A DNA stretch of 64,000 nt, taken from contig CANROH010000001.1 in assembly GCA_947632185.1 (NCBI GenBank), positions 15,142-79,141 of the forward strand, read 5' to 3'. Source of the DNA: an uncultured Clostridia bacterium (GTDB lineage Bacteria; Bacillota; Clostridia; TANB77; CAG-508). Positions 50,615-59,770 of the stretch are shown here, one piece after another. The notes below the pieces were generated by a model that was given only the letters and a program-made list of their open reading frames with translations, was not told the DNA's origin and did not search any database. The translations under genes were made by a program, and so were the position numbers. The first letter of the stretch is position 1. Every line of letters begins with the position of its first letter.

Positions 50615-51964
50615 TTATGAATTAAAAATTTTATCTCTTAATATTTTCTCAAACTCATCTGGAACATTATTTTTTTCATTATAATATTTAAGTAAATTTC
50701 CATTTGTTAATTCATAATGATCTTTATAATATTTTAATAAAAATGGTAAATTTTTATTCTTCAAATTTTCTATGGTCTTAGAAATAGCAAACCTTATTTC
50801 ATCATATGTTCCGACACATTCAAAAGGCTTAGTATCACCATAACCACAAAGTTCTATAAATGTTTTTAGCAAAGTTTCATCTTCAAATAAATCTTTTCCA
50901 AAAATATTTATTAATTTATCTTTATATAAAAAAGGACTTAAAATTGTATATACAAAAAGACATTTTGGACAGTTGCAACACCATTTCCATGGTTCTGTTT
51001 TACTACCAACATTACAACTATTAAAAATACTATGATATTTTTCAAGTTTTGAAAAAAGCATCGCTATTTGTAATTCATTGATAGGTCTTAATAAGCTAAA
51101 ATATTCAATATTACATTTTAAATATTTTTGTGAATATTCTCTAAAATCATTCTCAAATTCAATTGTTTTAGAGTATTGATGATTTATCTTTTCACCTTCT
51201 ACATTAGACTCATTAGCACTGTCTTCATTAGATAGTGCTATATATTTTTTACCCAACATATAAGCTACTAAATATGTTATAAATGCTACAATAGCCGAAA
51301 ATGGAGTATGCCCATTTAGAAAACCTTTTGAATTTAAATCAATTAATTTTTTATCTATAATTCTATTTACTTCAATTATCTCATTATCAGCAAATCCAGC
51401 GACCTTAGCACATTCTAAAGGCACTTTTTTACTTCCAATACGAAATGCCAAAGATTCATTTTTATAATCTTTTAATAAATCTAAAGTAACATTAGAATCT
51501 TTTCCCCCACCTATTGGAATTATAATTCCATTTAAATATTGACTTGGCTCATCACATTCTATAGATTTACCTTCTGACATAATTTGTAAAAAATCGTTTT
51601 CAGAAACTTTTATGTTATTTACATATCTAAATTCACCAAGTCCAAAATAAATTAATTTTTTAAACCATTTCTTTTGAAAGTCATCCAATTTTCCACATTT
51701 TATTATAAATTGTGGAGAACATGTCGCTTTAAAATAACTAATTGCTTCTACCATTCCAATGTTAAATACAATATTTTTTACTATATCACTTTTTATGTCT
51801 TTAAAATTCAAGTCTTTTTTTAAAATTTCTAATCTTGGATTAAAAGTAGTTAATCCTTCTATTTCAAACTCGAATTCTATACATATTTTATTATTTTCTT
51901 CAAAAATACTGTAATTATTATACAAAAATTTTGGATATTTTTCTCTTAAAACTTCAAATTTCAT
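50615..51964 (-). CDS. PP-loop (adenine nucleotide alpha-hydrolase superfamily) ATP-pyrophosphatase-like protein with Cys cluster
   Basis: PIGGGKDS PP-loop motif (compare SGGKDS) and a C-terminal CNVGSK..WCCNCPKC cluster. 14 nt upstream of the MurD-like gene. Confidence 0.55.
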   Translation of the reverse strand: MKFEVLREKYPKFLYNNYSIFEENNKICIEFEFEIEGLTTFNPRLEILKKDLNFKDIKSDIVKNIVFNIGMVEAISYFKATCSPQFIIKCGKLDDFQKKWFKKLIYFGLGEFRYVNNIKVSENDFLQIMSEGKSIECDEPSQYLNGIIIPIGGGKDSNVTLDLLKDYKNESLAFRIGSKKVPLECAKVAGFADNEIIEVNRIIDKKLIDLNSKGFLNGHTPFSAIVAFITYLVAYMLGKKYIALSNEDSANESNVEGEKINHQYSKTIEFENDFREYSQKYLKCNIEYFSLLRPINELQIAMLFSKLEKYHSIFNSCNVGSKTEPWKWCCNCPKCLFVYTILSPFLYKDKLINIFGKDLFEDETLLKTFIELCGYGDTKPFECVGTYDEIRFAISKTIENLKNKNLPFLLKYYKDHYELTNGNLLKYYNEKNNVPDEFEKILRDKIFNS

Positions 51965-52163
51965 CCGAATTCCCTTCTTTTTTTAAATAACATATAATAA
52001 TTATTATAATATTATATGTTAGATAAATAATATTGTCAAAGTCTAATATTAATATTATAAATATGTTTTTTATTTTTGTAAATATTAACAATTTTTCCAT
52101 AAGAAACATAAACTTTATTATGACAATTAAATTGTTAAAATAATTTGAAAGGAAGTTTATATT

Positions 52164-52589
52164 ATGGAATTTGAAAAAAAAGTTATTGTTGATGTTGATG
52201 GATTTATAGAATCAGGAAAACAATTTGATTTGGATTTAAAATTACCTGAAGATAATAGAAATGTTGTCTATGGAATAATAAAAGATAGTTGTGGAAAACC
52301 TGTTTCAGATGCTGTTATTAAATTAGTAGAAATTTGCCAAGACGAAAGAAAACCTGTTTCTCATACTTTCACTGATAAAGAAGGAGAATTTGTTTTTGGA
52401 CCTCTTTGCCCAAATAAATCATATGCTATTGATATATGGGTAAATAGAGTAAAACACGTTAAAATCTGCAAAAGTTGCGATAAAGAAGGTAAATGTTTAA
52501 AAGGTGTGGATTTACACTGTGATAAAGATGATATGGATAAAGAACCAAAATACGAATTACATGAAGATTGTGATTGTGATTGCGAGTAA
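52164..52589 (+). CDS. small protein with carboxypeptidase-regulatory-like beta-sandwich and Cys-rich C-terminal tail (CDCDCE); possible spore coat or sorting protein
   Basis: GIIKDSCGKPVSDAVIKLV...TDKEGEFVF pattern. 10 Cys in the last 45 residues. Confidence 0.5.
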   Translation: MEFEKKVIVDVDGFIESGKQFDLDLKLPEDNRNVVYGIIKDSCGKPVSDAVIKLVEICQDERKPVSHTFTDKEGEFVFGPLCPNKSYAIDIWVNRVKHVKICKSCDKEGKCLKGVDLHCDKDDMDKEPKYELHEDCDCDCE

Positions 52590-52599
52590 AATATGTAAA

Positions 52600-52633
52600 A
52601 AATCCCCAGTTCATCTGGGGGTTTTGCTTTACA
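52600..52633. terminator. bidirectional rho-independent terminator
   Basis: ccccag-ttcat-ctgggg hairpin flanked by an A-run and a T-run. Confidence 0.7.
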
Positions 52634-52772
52634 TAGCCATTTTCATTTTTTTAACAATTTGTTTTCCTTTTTTTAACATTTTCTTTTTATTTTCATCAAT
52701 ACCTTCTGAATACATCATCATTGTTCCTGCAGTAATTAAACTTCCAATCATAACGCCTTTCATGAAACTCAT
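52629..52772 (-). CDS. candidate small membrane protein (47 aa, YtxH/DUF948-like: MSFMKGVMIGSLITAGTMMMYSEGIDENKKK...)
   Basis: AAAGGTGGT SD 8 nt upstream. The ORF-track plus-strand ORF 52504-52797 is its antisense artefact. Confidence 0.35.
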   Translation of the reverse strand: MSFMKGVMIGSLITAGTMMMYSEGIDENKKKMLKKGKQIVKKMKMAM

Positions 52773-52857
52773 AATAATACCACCTTTCTTTTATTAAATG
52801 ACAGTCCTTTAATTTTCATATAATATAAAATTTATTGTATGTTAAATTGCTTTTATA

Positions 52858-53241
52858 TCATTTATTATTTTCTTTTTTCTCTAATCTATACTGCCTAAAT
52901 AAAGAGTAAATTTCAAAAAATGCTATAAAAAGTAAAAAAATTCCAAAATATCTTTTTAAATTTTCATTGTCTATCATAAAAGAAAACTTGCTTCCCACAA
53001 TTGCACCAATTATTCCAGAAATAATTATTACAAATGATAGTTTATAATTTATTGTTTTATTTTTTACATTCATAAAAATTGCTACTATAGATGTTGGTAT
53101 AAAAAATATTAAATTTGTTCCTTGAATTAAATGTTGTTGCATATCTGTAAATAAACCAAGCAACAATATTAAAATTGTTCCTCCGCCCATTCCCAAAGCT
53201 GCTACCGTTCCAGAAATGGCTCCGAATAATATTTCTTTCAT
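52858..53241 (-). CDS. TSUP (TauE/SafE, DUF81) transporter, C-terminal 4-TM half as a separate gene
   Basis: GxGGG motifs; 127 aa. Confidence 0.7.
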   Translation of the reverse strand: MKEILFGAISGTVAALGMGGGTILILLLGLFTDMQQHLIQGTNLIFFIPTSIVAIFMNVKNKTINYKLSFVIIISGIIGAIVGSKFSFMIDNENLKRYFGIFLLFIAFFEIYSLFRQYRLEKKENNK

Positions 53242-53273
53242 TGTTTTAACTCCTATAAAAATAAAATTTTAAA

Positions 53274-53630
53274 TTATATAATCATTTTTATTCCCGCATA
53301 AATTAAAAAAATAATAAACAAAATTTTCAAAATTTTGTTATTTAAATTTATTAACAATTTTGATCCAATATAGCTACCTATAATTCCTCCTATTGCACAT
53401 TTTATAGCAAGCCACCAATCAATAGAATTTTCATTAAAATAAAAGAAACTACTAGTAAGAACCATAAAGAAAATACAAAGAATTGTTGTAGCTCTTGCAA
53501 TTACTTCATCTTCTTTTAAAATCAATGTTAAAAATGGTACTAGTATAAGTCCACCTCCAGCACCAAAAAATCCACTTATTATTCCTGCTAAAAAGCCAAT
53601 TGTAATATTCAAAAATATATTTTTTTTCAT
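53274..53630 (-). CDS. TSUP (TauE/SafE, DUF81) transporter, N-terminal 4-TM half
   Basis: Start MKKNIFLNITIGFLAGIISGFFGAGGG matches the family N-terminus. The ORF-track start at 53741 adds 37 non-homologous residues. Confidence 0.6.
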   Translation of the reverse strand: MKKNIFLNITIGFLAGIISGFFGAGGGLILVPFLTLILKEDEVIARATTILCIFFMVLTSSFFYFNENSIDWWLAIKCAIGGIIGSYIGSKLLINLNNKILKILFIIFLIYAGIKMII

Positions 53631-53746
53631 AATTTTATTTTTTGCTAAAAAATTAAATTTATGCAAAAAAGCAAAAGCAGCCAATACATAATTTGCAAAG
53701 CACAAAATTTTATTGTATTGTCTGCTTTTTTGTTTGAACAAAATCT

Positions 53747-54994
53747 CTAAATATTAATATCATTTTCCCCTTTTTTATAATACTTTGTACCTAACATTTT
53801 ATCAGGTAAATATTGTTGTTCAACCCAGTGACCTGGATAATCATGAGGATATTTGTATCCTTCGCCATATCCAAATTGTGACATTCCATCAACTGGTGCA
53901 TTTCTAATATGCATAGGAATATTCCCTGTATCTTTGCTTGAAACGTCTGATAATGCATTATTTATCGCCATATATGTAGAATTTGATTTCTTAGAATTTG
54001 CAACATAAACAGCAGCTTCTGATAAAATAATTCTAGCCTCCGGCATTCCAACCATAGTAACAGCTTGCATTGCAGACGTTGCTAAAATCAAAGCATTCGG
54101 ATTTGCCAAACCTACATCTTCAGATGCTGCAATTACTATTCTCCTTGCTAAAAATACTGGATCTTCTCCTCCATTTAAAGCTCTTGCTAAATAAAATACT
54201 GCTGCATCCGGATCGCTTCCTCTCATAGATTTTATAAAAGCACTTATATTATCATAATGGCTATCTCCAGTTTTATCAAATATAGCCTTTCTTTTATTTA
54301 AACTTTGACTTGCAATTTCATTTGTTATTTCTATTACTCCATCAGAATTCATTTTTGTAGTTAAAACAGCGACTTCTAATCCATTTAATGCTGTTCTAAC
54401 ATCTCCTCCAGATACTTCTGCTATATTTTCCAATGTTTCATCAGAAATCTTTATATTATATGTACCTAAACCTTCTTTGTTTGTAAGAGCATTTTTCAAT
54501 ATTTTTAAAATGTCTTGTTTTGTTAAAGGTTCAAGTTTTATTACCATAGATCTAGAAATTAATGCCTTATTTACTTCAAAATAAGGATTTTCAGTAGTTG
54601 CACCTATTAAAATTACTGTTCCATCTTCAACATATGGAAGAAGAGCATCTTGTTGAAGCTTATTAAATCTATGTATTTCATCAATAAACAATATACATTT
54701 GCCACTTGGGTTTAATATTGGATTATCTGCCTCTTCTATAGCTTTTTTTATATCTCCAATTCCTGATGTTACAGCATTTAATCTTGTGAATTTATATTTA
54801 GTTGTCTCACTAATAACTTTTGCAAGTGAAGTTTTCCCACATCCAGGTGGTCCCCATAAAATAAGACTTGATAATCTATCTGCTTTTATTGTTCTATATA
54901 ATAATTTATCTTTTCCTAAAACATGTTCTTGCCCAACAAATTCTTCTAAAGATTTGGGTCTCATTCTATACGCTAGAGGTTGATTTAAATCCAT
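53747..54994 (-). CDS. rarA: replication-associated recombination protein A (RarA/MgsA AAA+ ATPase)
   Basis: GPPGCGKTSLA, IDEIHRFNKLQQDALLP and the C-terminal DAAVFYLARAL signature. Confidence 0.9.
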   Translation of the reverse strand: MDLNQPLAYRMRPKSLEEFVGQEHVLGKDKLLYRTIKADRLSSLILWGPPGCGKTSLAKVISETTKYKFTRLNAVTSGIGDIKKAIEEADNPILNPSGKCILFIDEIHRFNKLQQDALLPYVEDGTVILIGATTENPYFEVNKALISRSMVIKLEPLTKQDILKILKNALTNKEGLGTYNIKISDETLENIAEVSGGDVRTALNGLEVAVLTTKMNSDGVIEITNEIASQSLNKRKAIFDKTGDSHYDNISAFIKSMRGSDPDAAVFYLARALNGGEDPVFLARRIVIAASEDVGLANPNALILATSAMQAVTMVGMPEARIILSEAAVYVANSKKSNSTYMAINNALSDVSSKDTGNIPMHIRNAPVDGMSQFGYGEGYKYPHDYPGHWVEQQYLPDKMLGTKYYKKGENDINI

Positions 54995-55009
54995 ATTTTT
55001 ACCTTTCTA

Positions 55010-55612
55010 TTATCTTGATAATATTGATAATCCCTTTTTTATTAATTCTTCTACAGATACATCTTTATTAGCAATTTTTTCAAAAGCCTTATCAATTTCT
55101 TTTTTACTATATCCTAGAATTTGCAATGCTTGAATTGCTTCTTCAGCGTTTTCATTATTATTTATAACATCAATTTCTGAATTATTTTCCTCAGCAGTAA
55201 GTTCTTGTTCGGCTTTTAATTTATCCTGTAATTCTAAAATTATTCTTTGTGCTGTTTTAGTACCAATTCCTGGAATTTTTTTTAATAATGCAACATTATT
55301 CGAGATAATTGCACATGCAAAACCCGCTGGAGTAATATTTGAAAGCATAGTTATAGCCGATTTTGCACCAATACCACTAACAGAAAGTAATAGTTCAAAC
55401 ATTTTTAATTCATCACGAGTTAAAAATCCATATAAACTAATATTATCTTCTCTTACGTAATAATACGTATGTACTTTTACATTTTTTCCTATTTCTCCAA
55501 TTTCATTTATAGAAATATTTGACATGAATATTTTATATCCAATGCCCCCAACATCTATAACAACATAGTTTGTTGATTTTTCTTCTAAAGAGCCTTTTAT
55601 ATATGCAAACAT
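55010..55612 (-). CDS. ruvA: Holliday junction DNA helicase RuvA
   Basis: MFAYIKGSL...GIGYKIF, followed by the HhH region. Confidence 0.9.
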   Translation of the reverse strand: MFAYIKGSLEEKSTNYVVIDVGGIGYKIFMSNISINEIGEIGKNVKVHTYYYVREDNISLYGFLTRDELKMFELLLSVSGIGAKSAITMLSNITPAGFACAIISNNVALLKKIPGIGTKTAQRIILELQDKLKAEQELTAEENNSEIDVINNNENAEEAIQALQILGYSKKEIDKAFEKIANKDVSVEELIKKGLSILSR

Positions 55613-55937
55613 TTTTATCTCCTTTATCCAAACATCTTTTTGCTACATTTTATCATAAAATATTTTTAAATCAAGTATATTTTCAAAAATTATTTACTCT
55701 CAAATTTAATTTAAAATTTTAACAAGAACTTTTTTTAATTTCATTTTATACCTTTGAATATTTTTCTATATTTTTCCTATAAATGCTTGACTTTTACACT
55801 ATTTTATATTAAAATAATTAAGCATTATATGTAAATGTGTATCATTTTAAGACTTCTCCCCGGTAGTCTTCTAAATTAAGTATAGTTTGCATATATTAAA
55901 AAATATTTTAAATTTTGAAATGGAGGGTATTAGTACC

Positions 55938-56375
55938 ATGAATAATACTACATACAGCCCAAAAGAAGGCGAAATTGAAAGAAAATGGTATGTAATAGAT
56001 GCAACAGATAAACCTTTAGGTAGAGTCGCTACTGAAGTTGCAAAACTATTAAGAGGAAAACACAAACCAACATTTACACCAAACGAAGATGTTGGAGATA
56101 ATGTAATAGTAATAAATTGTAAAGACGCTGTTTTAACAGGTCATAAATTAGATCAAAAAATTTATAGACATCATTCAGGATATATTGGAGGAATGAATGA
56201 AACAACAGCTAGAATTATGATGGAAAAAACTCCTGAGAAGGCTATGTTTTTAGCTGTAAAAGGAATGCTTCCTCACACAAAATTAGGAAGAAAAATGATT
56301 AAAAAATTAAGAGTATATGCAGGAAATGAACATGATAATGCAGCTCAAAAACCTATAGTTTGGGAGGTAAAATAA
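55938..56375 (+). CDS. rplM: 50S ribosomal protein L13
   Basis: GGAGGG SD, then [22 protein letters not shown]. The ORF-track start at 55887 is upstream of the SD. Confidence 0.95.
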   Translation: MNNTTYSPKEGEIERKWYVIDATDKPLGRVATEVAKLLRGKHKPTFTPNEDVGDNVIVINCKDAVLTGHKLDQKIYRHHSGYIGGMNETTARIMMEKTPEKAMFLAVKGMLPHTKLGRKMIKKLRVYAGNEHDNAAQKPIVWEVK

Positions 56376-56376
56376 T

Positions 56377-56781
56377 ATGGCAAAAAAATCTGAAAATATA
56401 GTATTCCAAGGAACAGGAAGAAGAAAAGAATCAATTGCTAGAGTTAGATTAACAGCTGGTAAAGGTGAAATAACTATCAATGGAAAAAGTTTAGATGAAT
56501 ATTTTGGTTCTGAAATACTAAAAGTTATAGTTAACCAACCTTTTGCTGTAACTAATACAGTTGGTAAATACGATGCAGTAGTTAAAGTTATTGGTGGTGG
56601 TTACACAGGCCAAGCTGGAGCTATAAGACATGGTATCGCAAGAGCATTAAATGAAGCAAATACTGAGTTTAGAGCTCCATTAAAAGCAAATGGATTATTA
56701 ACAAGAGATCCAAGAATGAAAGAAAGAAAAAAATACGGTCTTAAAAAATCAAGAAAAGCTCCACAATTTAGTAAGAGATAA
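56377..56781 (+). CDS. rpsI: 30S ribosomal protein S9
   Basis: C-terminal RKAPQFSKR. Confidence 0.95.
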   Translation: MAKKSENIVFQGTGRRKESIARVRLTAGKGEITINGKSLDEYFGSEILKVIVNQPFAVTNTVGKYDAVVKVIGGGYTGQAGAIRHGIARALNEANTEFRAPLKANGLLTRDPRMKERKKYGLKKSRKAPQFSKR

Positions 56782-56820
56782 TTACAAGGCATTAGAGATG
56801 TTGCTCAAAAGCCTTATAAA

Positions 56821-56858
56821 AGCCCTTTGTTTCATAAAACAAGGGCTTTTTTATTTTA
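56821..56858 (+). terminator. rplM-rpsI operon terminator
   Basis: agccctttgttt-cataaaac-aagggct hairpin plus TTTTTT. Confidence 0.65.
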
Positions 56859-56925
56859 ATTATTATGTTTTTATAATGATATAAAAATCTTTGTGAAAAG
56901 ATTTTAAACAGCTATTTATGTAATT

Positions 56926-57492
56926 TTACAAAATTAAAATTCCTGTATGTTCTAATAAAATTTTTAATCCTATTAATATTAAAATAACCCCTCCTGTAAT
57001 TTCTGCTTTAGACTCATATTTATCACCAAAAACATTTCCTATTTTTACTCCTATACTTGAAATTATAAAAGTTATTATTCCAATAATAGATATTGCTAAA
57101 AAAATATTTACATTTAAAAATGCAAAAGTAATTCCAACTGTCAAAGCGTCAATACTTGTAGCAATTGATAAAATTATCATTGTTTTAAAATCTATATTTT
57201 CATCAGCATCTTTATCATTTTCTTGAAAAGCTTCTTTTATCATATTTATTCCTATAAAACTTAATAATATAAATGCTACCCAATGATCTATATTTTTAAT
57301 TTTAGTTTCAAAACCTATTCCAAGGAAATAACCAATTGCCGGCATTAGTGCTTGAAATCCGCCAAAATAAAGTCCTATTATAATTGCTTTCTTCCAATCC
57401 ATTTTTTTCATTGATAAACCTTTGCAAATTGATACAGCAAATGCATCCATTGCAAGTCCAATTCCTATAAGAATAATTTCTATTAGTCCCAT
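56926..57492 (-). CDS. mntP: manganese efflux pump MntP (DUF204)
   Basis: Tandem DAFAVS/DALTVG motifs. Start at MGLIEI with an upstream AGGA. Confidence 0.8.
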   Translation of the reverse strand: MGLIEIILIGIGLAMDAFAVSICKGLSMKKMDWKKAIIIGLYFGGFQALMPAIGYFLGIGFETKIKNIDHWVAFILLSFIGINMIKEAFQENDKDADENIDFKTMIILSIATSIDALTVGITFAFLNVNIFLAISIIGIITFIISSIGVKIGNVFGDKYESKAEITGGVILILIGLKILLEHTGILIL

Positions 57493-57802
57493 ATCTCCCC
57501 CTATCCTCATATTAATATTATGACTATTTTTCTTTTAAAGAACAAATTTATTTAACAATATAAAAAACTTAAATTTAATTATATTTATATTATCTTGTTT
57601 TTAAATAAAATTAGATATTTATTTTATAATTTAACAACAGCCGTATATTTAATTATTTTAATATATTAATAAGTCAGTTTCAAGTATTGACTTTTATATT
57701 GCAAATTTAGCTTTTTGAAATACATTAATAATTTAGGAATATAATAACTAAATATTCCATAAAATAAACATAAGAAGGGATTTTTATACACAAAGTTATA
57801 TT

Positions 57803-59137
57803 ATGAAAATTATAAAAACAGAAACAAATTACAAAAGAAATATGTTTTTTTATAAAACAGAAAAAATTAATTTCAAAAAATATTCAGATAGATTAGAAAA
57901 TAATATTATTAATATATATCCAAATATTACATACCAAACTATAATAGGATTTGGTGCTGCAATAACAGAGTCTTCCGGATATTCTTTAATGCAACTACCT
58001 AAAGAAAAACAAAATTTATTGCTAAAAGAGTACTTTTCATCTGATGGACTAAATTATAATATATGCAGGTTACCTATAGGGAGCTCTGATTTTTCTATAA
58101 AATCTTATTCATATAGCTATAAAGAGGATCTTTCTGACTTTTCTATTCAACATGATAAATTATATATCATTCCATTTATAAAACAAGCTTTAAAACTAAA
58201 TTCAAATATTAAATTTTTATCTTCACCTTGGAGTCCACCTAAATTTATGAAATCAAATAAAATGCTTGTTTTAGGAGGAAAATTATTAGAAAAATATAAA
58301 AACACATGGGTAAAATATTTAATAAAATATATAAAAGAATATAAAAACGAAGGTATAAATATAAACTATTTAACAGTTCAAAATGAACCAAATGCAGTTC
58401 AAATTTGGGAATCTTGTATATATTCACCCGAAGAAGAAATTTCATTTGCCATTAATAATCTTTTCCCAGCTTTAAAAGCAAATAACCTAAACACAAAGAT
58501 AGTAATTTTGGATCATAATAAAGAAAAATTATTTACAAGAGCTATAAACGAACTAACAAACAATAAAGCATTAGAGGCTATTTCAGGTATCGCTTTTCAT
58601 TATTATACAGGTGATTACTTTGAAAATATTTTATTAACTCATGAAGCTTTTCCGGGAAAGTTATTAATTCATACTGAGGGATGCACAGGTTTTTCTAATT
58701 TTAATCCTACTCATGAAGTTCATAATGCTGAAATATACGGACATGAAATTATAGGCGATTTAAATTCTGGTACAAATGCTTATATTGATTGGAATATTTT
58801 ACTTGATAATAAAGGTGGTCCAAATCATAAAAAAAATTTTTGCAACAGCCCTATTATGCTTAATTCGAATAAATTAGATTATATTAAAAATTTGACTTTT
58901 TACTACATTGGTCATTTTAGTAAATATATAAAACCTGGTGCAAAACGTATTGCATTTAGTAAATATACTGATAACATTGAAGTTACATCATTTATAAATA
59001 TTGATAATAGTATTGCGATTGTTTTAATGAATAAAACAGATTCAAATTATGAATATAACTTATGTATTAACGATATTGTAATTCATGATAACTTAGATAG
59101 TCATGCTATTGTAAGTTATTTAATAAAAATTAATTAA
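57803..59137 (+). CDS. glycoside hydrolase family 30 (glucosylceramidase-like O-glycosyl hydrolase)
   Basis: GFGAAITESS and CRLPIGSSDFS motifs and the catalytic NEP region; 444 aa. Confidence 0.75.
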   Translation: MKIIKTETNYKRNMFFYKTEKINFKKYSDRLENNIINIYPNITYQTIIGFGAAITESSGYSLMQLPKEKQNLLLKEYFSSDGLNYNICRLPIGSSDFSIKSYSYSYKEDLSDFSIQHDKLYIIPFIKQALKLNSNIKFLSSPWSPPKFMKSNKMLVLGGKLLEKYKNTWVKYLIKYIKEYKNEGININYLTVQNEPNAVQIWESCIYSPEEEISFAINNLFPALKANNLNTKIVILDHNKEKLFTRAINELTNNKALEAISGIAFHYYTGDYFENILLTHEAFPGKLLIHTEGCTGFSNFNPTHEVHNAEIYGHEIIGDLNSGTNAYIDWNILLDNKGGPNHKKNFCNSPIMLNSNKLDYIKNLTFYYIGHFSKYIKPGAKRIAFSKYTDNIEVTSFINIDNSIAIVLMNKTDSNYEYNLCINDIVIHDNLDSHAIVSYLIKIN

Positions 59138-59154
59138 TAAAAAATACACAAACA

Positions 59155-59192
59155 AAAAATCCCTAATCATGATAAAGGGATTTTTTGTTTAT
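59155..59192. terminator. bidirectional terminator
   Basis: aatccct-aatcatgataa-agggatt hairpin flanked by an A-run and a T-run. Confidence 0.6.
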
Positions 59193-59231
59193 CTTTTACA
59201 TTTTTATTCTTATAAATTATTAATTTTTTTC

Positions 59232-59618
59232 TTATTTTTCATTTATTATTTTTATTAAATCACTAAAACTACCATCTATAATTTCTTTTGTAATCTCTTT
59301 TCCCTGATCTTTAAGTACTCTATATGCGCATATCATATACAAACGATTTCTTAAATTTATTAATACTTGTAAATCAGCATCTTCATAATTATCTTCAAAA
59401 CCAAGATTATTTGTTTTTTGTGAATGTTCTAAATCCATCAAAAACATACTTTCTACTGAATATTTAGATTCAATTTCTATAACTGTGTTTTTATTATAAT
59501 TATTATTATCAATCATTGTTTGTATAGTAGTTATATCTTTCAATATTGAATCTGCTATTTCATACTTTTCTAAAGTTTCATACAAATTTTTAATTTCCTC
59601 TTCTTGCATACTTTTCAC
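59232..59618 (-). CDS. hypothetical protein (128 aa)
   Basis: ORF only. Confidence 0.5.
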   Translation of the reverse strand: MKSMQEEEIKNLYETLEKYEIADSILKDITTIQTMIDNNNYNKNTVIEIESKYSVESMFLMDLEHSQKTNNLGFEDNYEDADLQVLINLRNRLYMICAYRVLKDQGKEITKEIIDGSFSDLIKIINEK

Positions 59619-59770
59619 CTCTTCAAAAATAACTTATTGTTATTATTTTCTACTATTGGATTTTTATACAAAATATTTTTACTTATAAAATTAGGACATG
59701 GACTTTTCGTCTATTTTTTAAATTATACTCATATACTCTATAATAATCATATTGAGGAGATTTTTAAAAA

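Noticed and set aside
55887-55937. N-terminal extension of rplM given in the ORF track ([17 protein letters not shown]...)
   Set aside because: The GGAGGG SD lies inside this extension, 9 nt before the conserved MNNTTYS start. The extension has no homology to L13.
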